NCBI GenBank assembly: GCA_965644315.1
Contig: CBFFRQ010000018.1
Coordinates: 1 to 64,000, forward strand
Source: Caecitellus pseudoparvulus
Lineage: Eukaryota; Protista; Bigyra: Bicosoecida
Length of the DNA: 64,000 nucleotides
Reading direction: 5' to 3'
A program made the position numbers and the translations under genes. Shown here piece by piece: positions 59,178-64,000 of this stretch (within the stretch, counting starts at the first letter, position 1; each line of letters starts with the position of its first letter). The notes below the pieces were generated by a model that made no database searches, had not been told where the DNA came from, and worked only from the letters and a program-made list of their open reading frames with translations.

Positions 59178-59897
59178 GCCGGCGTCGGTGCGGGCCCGCT
59201 TGGCTGCTCGAGCTTGGCGCTTGGCGAGGGCGGCCTCCGACAGCTGGCTGCCGTCGTACTGCACGCGCTGCACGGTGTACTTTTCAGAGTTTGCCGGATC
59301 CAGCGGTGCCTGATCATACCCCGCCCAGGTCGCAAAGTGGTGCAGGACGATGCTGCCTGCCACAGTCACATTCAGCGACGCAGTTCCCGTGCCAAAGTGC
59401 TTGATGTACACGAAGTGGTCGCAGATCGACTTCACGGAATCCGCCATGCCTGTACCTTCGTTGCCGAGGAAGAATGCAGTATGTCCACGGAATGGGTGTG
59501 TGGTGACGTCCTCGGAGGCGCCGCCGATTTCCACGCCACACACTGTGATGCCCTCCTCCACAAACCACGCTTTGGCTTCCTGCAGCTTGCTAAAGTGGCG
59601 GACGAACAAGTGGTCCCGGGTGCCTTGCCCTCCAAAGTAACCGATTTTCGTCTTGCCGATGACAATCAGCTCATGGGCGCCGAATGCGACGGCAGAGCGA
59701 ACCAAGTTCCCCACATTAGTCTTCTTGGACACGGCAAAGGAGCAGATGTACATGCGGGGCTTGCCCTCCGTCAGGGGGTTGGGAACGTGAGCTCCGTGTG
59801 GAATCTGCAGGACGCATTGCTTCGTATCAGCGTCTCCGTCAGCAATTGGTGCGCTCAAAGCGCCTGCTTCGCTTCCCTCTGCCGTTGCTGCGGCCAT
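59169..59897 (-). CDS. SpoU/TrmH-family SPOUT RNA 2'-O-methyltransferase
   Basis: NVGNLVRSAVAFG, LGNEGTG, SLNVTVAGSIVLH. Confidence 0.9.
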   Translation of the reverse strand: MAAATAEGSEAGALSAPIADGDADTKQCVLQIPHGAHVPNPLTEGKPRMYICSFAVSKKTNVGNLVRSAVAFGAHELIVIGKTKIGYFGGQGTRDHLFVRHFSKLQEAKAWFVEEGITVCGVEIGGASEDVTTHPFRGHTAFFLGNEGTGMADSVKSICDHFVYIKHFGTGTASLNVTVAGSIVLHHFATWAGYDQAPLDPANSEKYTVQRVQYDGSQLSEAALAKRQARAAKRARTDAGSA

Positions 59898-60164
59898 GCT
59901 GGTGGGGTGCGGAAATCGCTTTCTCTGCTCCCTGAAAGTTGGCAAAGAAAACAAATGCTTCGCGCAGTATCGCTTCTGCGTCGTCAACCTTGACCAGTCT
60001 TGCTTCCTTGTAGACTTCCTATTGATAAGTGGGAGGCTGATTTTGCCTGCTCGTGCGGGTGCTGAGCGATCAGCAGGGGAGACGCTTCACCAGCGAGACG
60101 AGGGAAGCCCCCTCCCACAGATCTCAACGCGCTTCTGGCCGCCCACTGGGCGAAGTTCGAGTGA

Positions 60165-61163
60165 ATGGCAGCATTGAGGTCTTTGGTCGTTGACGCTGCC
60201 AGCGTCGCGGCCGGCAGAAGCACAGCGCCGGCCTCCGCCCCTCTTCCAGGCACACGCACCGCTGTGGTGCTGCATGGCCTGCTCGGCTCGGCTCGGAACT
60301 GGCTTGCCTTTTGCAGGGCTATTGTTCGGAAAGAGCCACGCCTTAGGTTCGTCCTCTTCAACCTTCCAGGCCACGGGCTGCATGACGCAGTTGACTTTCC
60401 CCAGGCGCCCTCCCCTGTCTCCCTGGCCTCAGCTGCGGACAACGTCCTAAGCAGCATAAATTGCGACAAGGTGACTTTCCCCCATGGGATGCAAGATGTA
60501 CAAGCCATGGTTGGACATAGCATGGGCGGAAGAGTTCTGATGCAGCTTTGCGAGGCATACGGAGGTCACTTTTCTCACGGCACGCAGGTGGCTGCGCTGG
60601 ACACCATGCCTGGGCCGTTTGACTACCACAAGCATGACGTAGACAAAAACGGAATCGCAAAGTTGCTGGAGTTCTTAGCATCCATGCCGGAGCTCATCCC
60701 CTCACGGGCGTGGCTGCAGCAAGCTTGCTTGGAAGCTGGCTTCACGCCCAGCATGACGCAGTGGATTTCCACGAACCTTGCCAAGCTGCCAGACGCGCCG
60801 CCCACTGGACCCTTCCGACTCGCAGTGAATGTGAAGGTCGCCAAGATGCTGTGGGATAGTCACCGGGGCCACGCTGGTCACTGGGGTGTTCTGCGACGTC
60901 CACCGGCTGGAGTCACGTTCCATCAAGTTATGGCGACTGGGTCAAGTCGGTGGCAGCACCCTGCCATCCGCGAGCAGGTGTCCTCCTTACGAAGTGCTGA
61001 GCCTGGTTCTCTTAAGCTGCATACTCTTGCTGGGGGTCACTGGTTGCATGTTGACAACCCCCGAGGGCTGGTCGAGCTGCTGCTCAAGCAGGTCCTGCTT
61101 CCGCATCCAAGCGTGGCACCCGTCCCGCAGCAGAAGTTGCCGCCCACAAAATCCACCCACTGA
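60165..61163 (+). CDS. Alpha/beta hydrolase, ABHD11/YbfF-like
   Basis: LHGLLGSARNW, PGHG, GHSMGG, GHWLHVDNP. Confidence 0.88.
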   Translation: MAALRSLVVDAASVAAGRSTAPASAPLPGTRTAVVLHGLLGSARNWLAFCRAIVRKEPRLRFVLFNLPGHGLHDAVDFPQAPSPVSLASAADNVLSSINCDKVTFPHGMQDVQAMVGHSMGGRVLMQLCEAYGGHFSHGTQVAALDTMPGPFDYHKHDVDKNGIAKLLEFLASMPELIPSRAWLQQACLEAGFTPSMTQWISTNLAKLPDAPPTGPFRLAVNVKVAKMLWDSHRGHAGHWGVLRRPPAGVTFHQVMATGSSRWQHPAIREQVSSLRSAEPGSLKLHTLAGGHWLHVDNPRGLVELLLKQVLLPHPSVAPVPQQKLPPTKSTH

Positions 61164-61535
61164 AAACCAGAACCATTCGGATGAAAAGACCTCGCCTGGC
61201 TGAGGTGCCGTGCCGGGGCCCAACTCCTACGGGGCGCTGCCAGGGCCTCTTGCTGCGTAAGCCAGAGCCTGCCGTTTCGCCTTTGCCATGGCTGCGGCAG
61301 CCGCACAGCTCAAGGTCAAAGGTAGGCGGACCGCCCAGACGCTGGTACTAACACCATGTATTGTATACTTGACCCCCCTGTTTCACAGTTCTGGGCATCC
61401 GCCATGCACGTCTCCCGGCTGGTGCGTTGGGTGCTGCTGCTGCCGTTTGCATGATGAAACGCAACCTCTTCACAACCCACCGCAGGCACTGAGCAAGCCA
61501 AAGTCGCCTTAAAACACACACGGCCTGGTAAGAAG

Positions 61536-64000
61536 ATGAAAATCTTCGAGGTTGGTCCGTTCAGGGTGGACCCCAACAAGAAAACAGTCTCCTTCCGCTC
61601 TGAAGCTAGCTTCAAACTGTGGGTTGCTTCTGATGCCTCGCTTCTCCTCGAGCAGTTGCTCACAAGACCTTCCACTCCACAGGAACGTTTCCCCGCCACA
61701 AAGCCAAGATTGGCGCTCTGTAGAGGTGTGTCTTGTCGTGTGCTTCTTCCTGCGCCCCTGTGGTCAGATTCAATCGTTCCGTGCAGGACTCGTTTCGAGT
61801 GGAAGTCTCATTCTTGCAAACCATCGGACGGAGCACTTCTGAAGTGCCGGGGGGAGAAGTGAGTCTACCCTGAGCAAGAAATGTGCCTGTTTGACATGTC
61901 CTACTTCTCTGGCGTGCAGGTGACGGTTCCTGTCTCTGACTTGGTTGATTCCCCACCCAAGCCCGGCAAGCAAGCGGCTTCCGTGTCGAAGAAGAACTTC
62001 CCGCTGAAGTACAGCAGCGCAGGTGATTTGGTGCTGTCAATCGAAAGCACCCTTCCTTCTGGTGCTGGAAGCTACACCGCAGCTGCTGGTGGCCCAGAGT
62101 CATTCGCAGAGGGAAAAGAAGAACAACCGACGGAGCAACCTGAAGGGAAACAGGTGGATGGCCCTCCCGCCCAAAGTGCTTCAGCTTCCGTGCCTCCCTC
62201 AGCCATCAATGACATCGAGCGTCAGTACACGAAATCAGCCATCGTAACGGGCGCTTCTCTCTCCCGGCTGTTCGAAAAGGCGGGCCACCCAGTGGAGCGG
62301 CACGCTCTCGAGGAAGCCTTGCAGTCAACTGGTGCTGGGAAAACCAAGCGCCTGTCCATCGCGACGGTGATTGACGTGTACAAAGAAACACAACGACTGG
62401 CCCCAACCCCAGGCTCTTCCCCAGCCAGGGATGGGTCGGCGCCATTTGGAAACAAAGCAGACTCTCATGCACGCGGGGGCGGTGGCGACTTGCGCGAGGG
62501 CGACGCAGTGGAGGGCAACTTCCGTGGGCGGGGAAAGTGGTACCCAGGCCGCATCCACCGTGTGAACCCTGACGGCACATTCCACGTGAAGTATGCTGAC
62601 GGGGATGAGGAGATGTTTGCGCCCAGTCACCGCGTGCGTGCGGCGGGTGGTGCGCAGGGCGGGACACCAGGGCCTGGTCATGGAGGGAGTGGTGGCGGGG
62701 GCGGGGGCGACTTGCGCGAGGGCGACGCAGTGGAAGGCAACTTCCGTGGGCGGGGAAAGTGGTACCCAGGCCGCATCCACCGTGTGAACCCTGACGGCAC
62801 ATTCCACGTGAAGTATGCTGACGGGGATGAGGAGATGTTTGCGCCCAGTCACCGCGTGCGTGCGGCGGGTGGTGCGCAGGGCGGGACACCAGGGCCTGGT
62901 CATGGAGGGAGTGGTGGCGGGGGCGGGGGCGACTTGCGCGAGGGCGACGCAGTGGAAGGCAACTTCCGTGGGCGGGGAAAGTGGTACCCAGGCCGCATCC
63001 ACCGTGTGAACCCTGACGGCACATTCCACGTGAAGTATGCTGACGGGGATGAGGAGATGTTTGCGCCCAGTCACCGCGTGCGTGCGGCGGGTGGTGCGCA
63101 GGGCGGGACACCAGGGCCTGGTCATGGAGGGAGTGGTGGCGGGGGCGGGGGCGACTTGCGCGAGGGCGACGCAGTGGAAGGCAACTTCCGTGGGCGGGGA
63201 AAGTGGTACCCAGGCCGCATCCACCGTGTGAACCCTGACGGCACATTCCACGTGAAGTATGCTGACGGGGATGAGGAGATGTTTGCGCCCAGTCACCGCG
63301 TGCGTGCGGCGGGTGGTGCGCAGGGCGGGACACCAGGGCCTGGTCATGGAGGGAGTGGTGGCGGGGGCGGGGGCGACTTGCGCGAGGGCGACGCAGTGGA
63401 AGGCAAGGCGTCTGAGACTGAGAAGCCTGCCCGTTCTGATGGGGGTTTTACTGTGCAGTCGCAGGGTCCAGACATGGACGATGAATCATGGCGAAACGAG
63501 GGCTGGGTACATAGAATGGGTGCAACCCTGCTTTCTAAGGTAGAAGATGCTTTCTTTAGGTACTCCTCGAGCATATCTCGAGAAGTGGAAGCGCGGCGAA
63601 ACAGGAAAAGCCTTCCGCCACTTCCACATCGAGGTCGCGTGCTGGCGGTTCGACAGCTTCCTTCGGCACTTAAGGACACTGGGCGGCGTATCACCAGCTC
63701 AAGGCTGCTCGGATGGATGGACATGTTTGGCTTCGATACCAACGATGTCCTGTCTTTGTCTGAGTTTGCTCGTGCCTTTGACTTTTTGTTCGTTTCAGGG
63801 GAGGATGTCGGGAAAGCTGCTGACGCAGTCGAGCATGTTTGGCGTCCAGTTCCGAAGGCCGCCGATACCCAGCATACTAGCACAATCGCCCCAAAGATGC
63901 ATGCAGATGTAGCTGCCCTGAGCGTGTCTGCTGCAGCTGCACGTGTGCTGGTCTCGTATGGGCCAGCGTCAAGTCACGGGGAATCAGATGAAGTTGTGTC
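61536..64000 (+). CDS. Multi-exon gene with tandem Tudor/Agenet-like domains; continues beyond the window
   Basis: After intron 61859-61919 (GTGAGT...GCAG), the frame starting at 61920 appears open to the window end and is absent from the ORF track. Repeat unit reads GDLREGDAVEGNFRGRGKWYPGRIHRVNPDGTFHVKYADGDEE. Upstream exons are uncertain. Confidence 0.7.
62484..63405 (+). repeat. 222-bp coding tandem repeat, 4 full copies plus a partial copy
   Basis: Units start at 62484, 62706, 62928, 63150 and 63372; nearly identical. Confidence 0.95.

Noticed and set aside
62206-63347. Minus-strand repetitive ORFs (375 and 340 aa)
   Set aside because: Shadows of the 222-bp repeat; the plus frame encodes the recognisable Tudor-like domain.

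Overview
Left end of a chromosome from a GC-rich, gene-dense eukaryote (short GT-AG introns; probably a protist). Bases 1-1750 are a (CCCTAA)n telomere. Bases ~1751-22570 are a head-to-tail array of six non-LTR retroelement units from three related families (called A, B and C here), all with 5' ends facing the telomere. None has a poly(A) tail, and every 3' end finishes in CTAA, four of them continuing into leftover telomere repeats. Family B (two near-identical 7.75-kb copies) reconstructs to one 2236-aa ORF: N-terminal region with a putative papain/Josephin-like Cys-His-Asn motif, then APE endonuclease, reverse transcriptase and a CCHC knuckle. Family A (terminal, 2.9 kb) encodes only the N-terminal ~694 aa with a clean stop and keeps conserved UTRs, so it looks like a HeT-A-style non-autonomous partner. 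The 3' UTRs of all three families share a multi-hairpin RNA structure supported by covariation. From ~22.9 kb onward are host genes: an RCC1/IPT multi-TM surface protein, an Atg22-like MFS transporter, a mitochondrial RCC1-like protein, TRRAP/Tra1, a P3A H+-ATPase, homocysteine S-methyltransferase, a SpoU methyltransferase, an ABHD11-like hydrolase, and a Tudor/Agenet tandem-repeat protein that runs off the window end.
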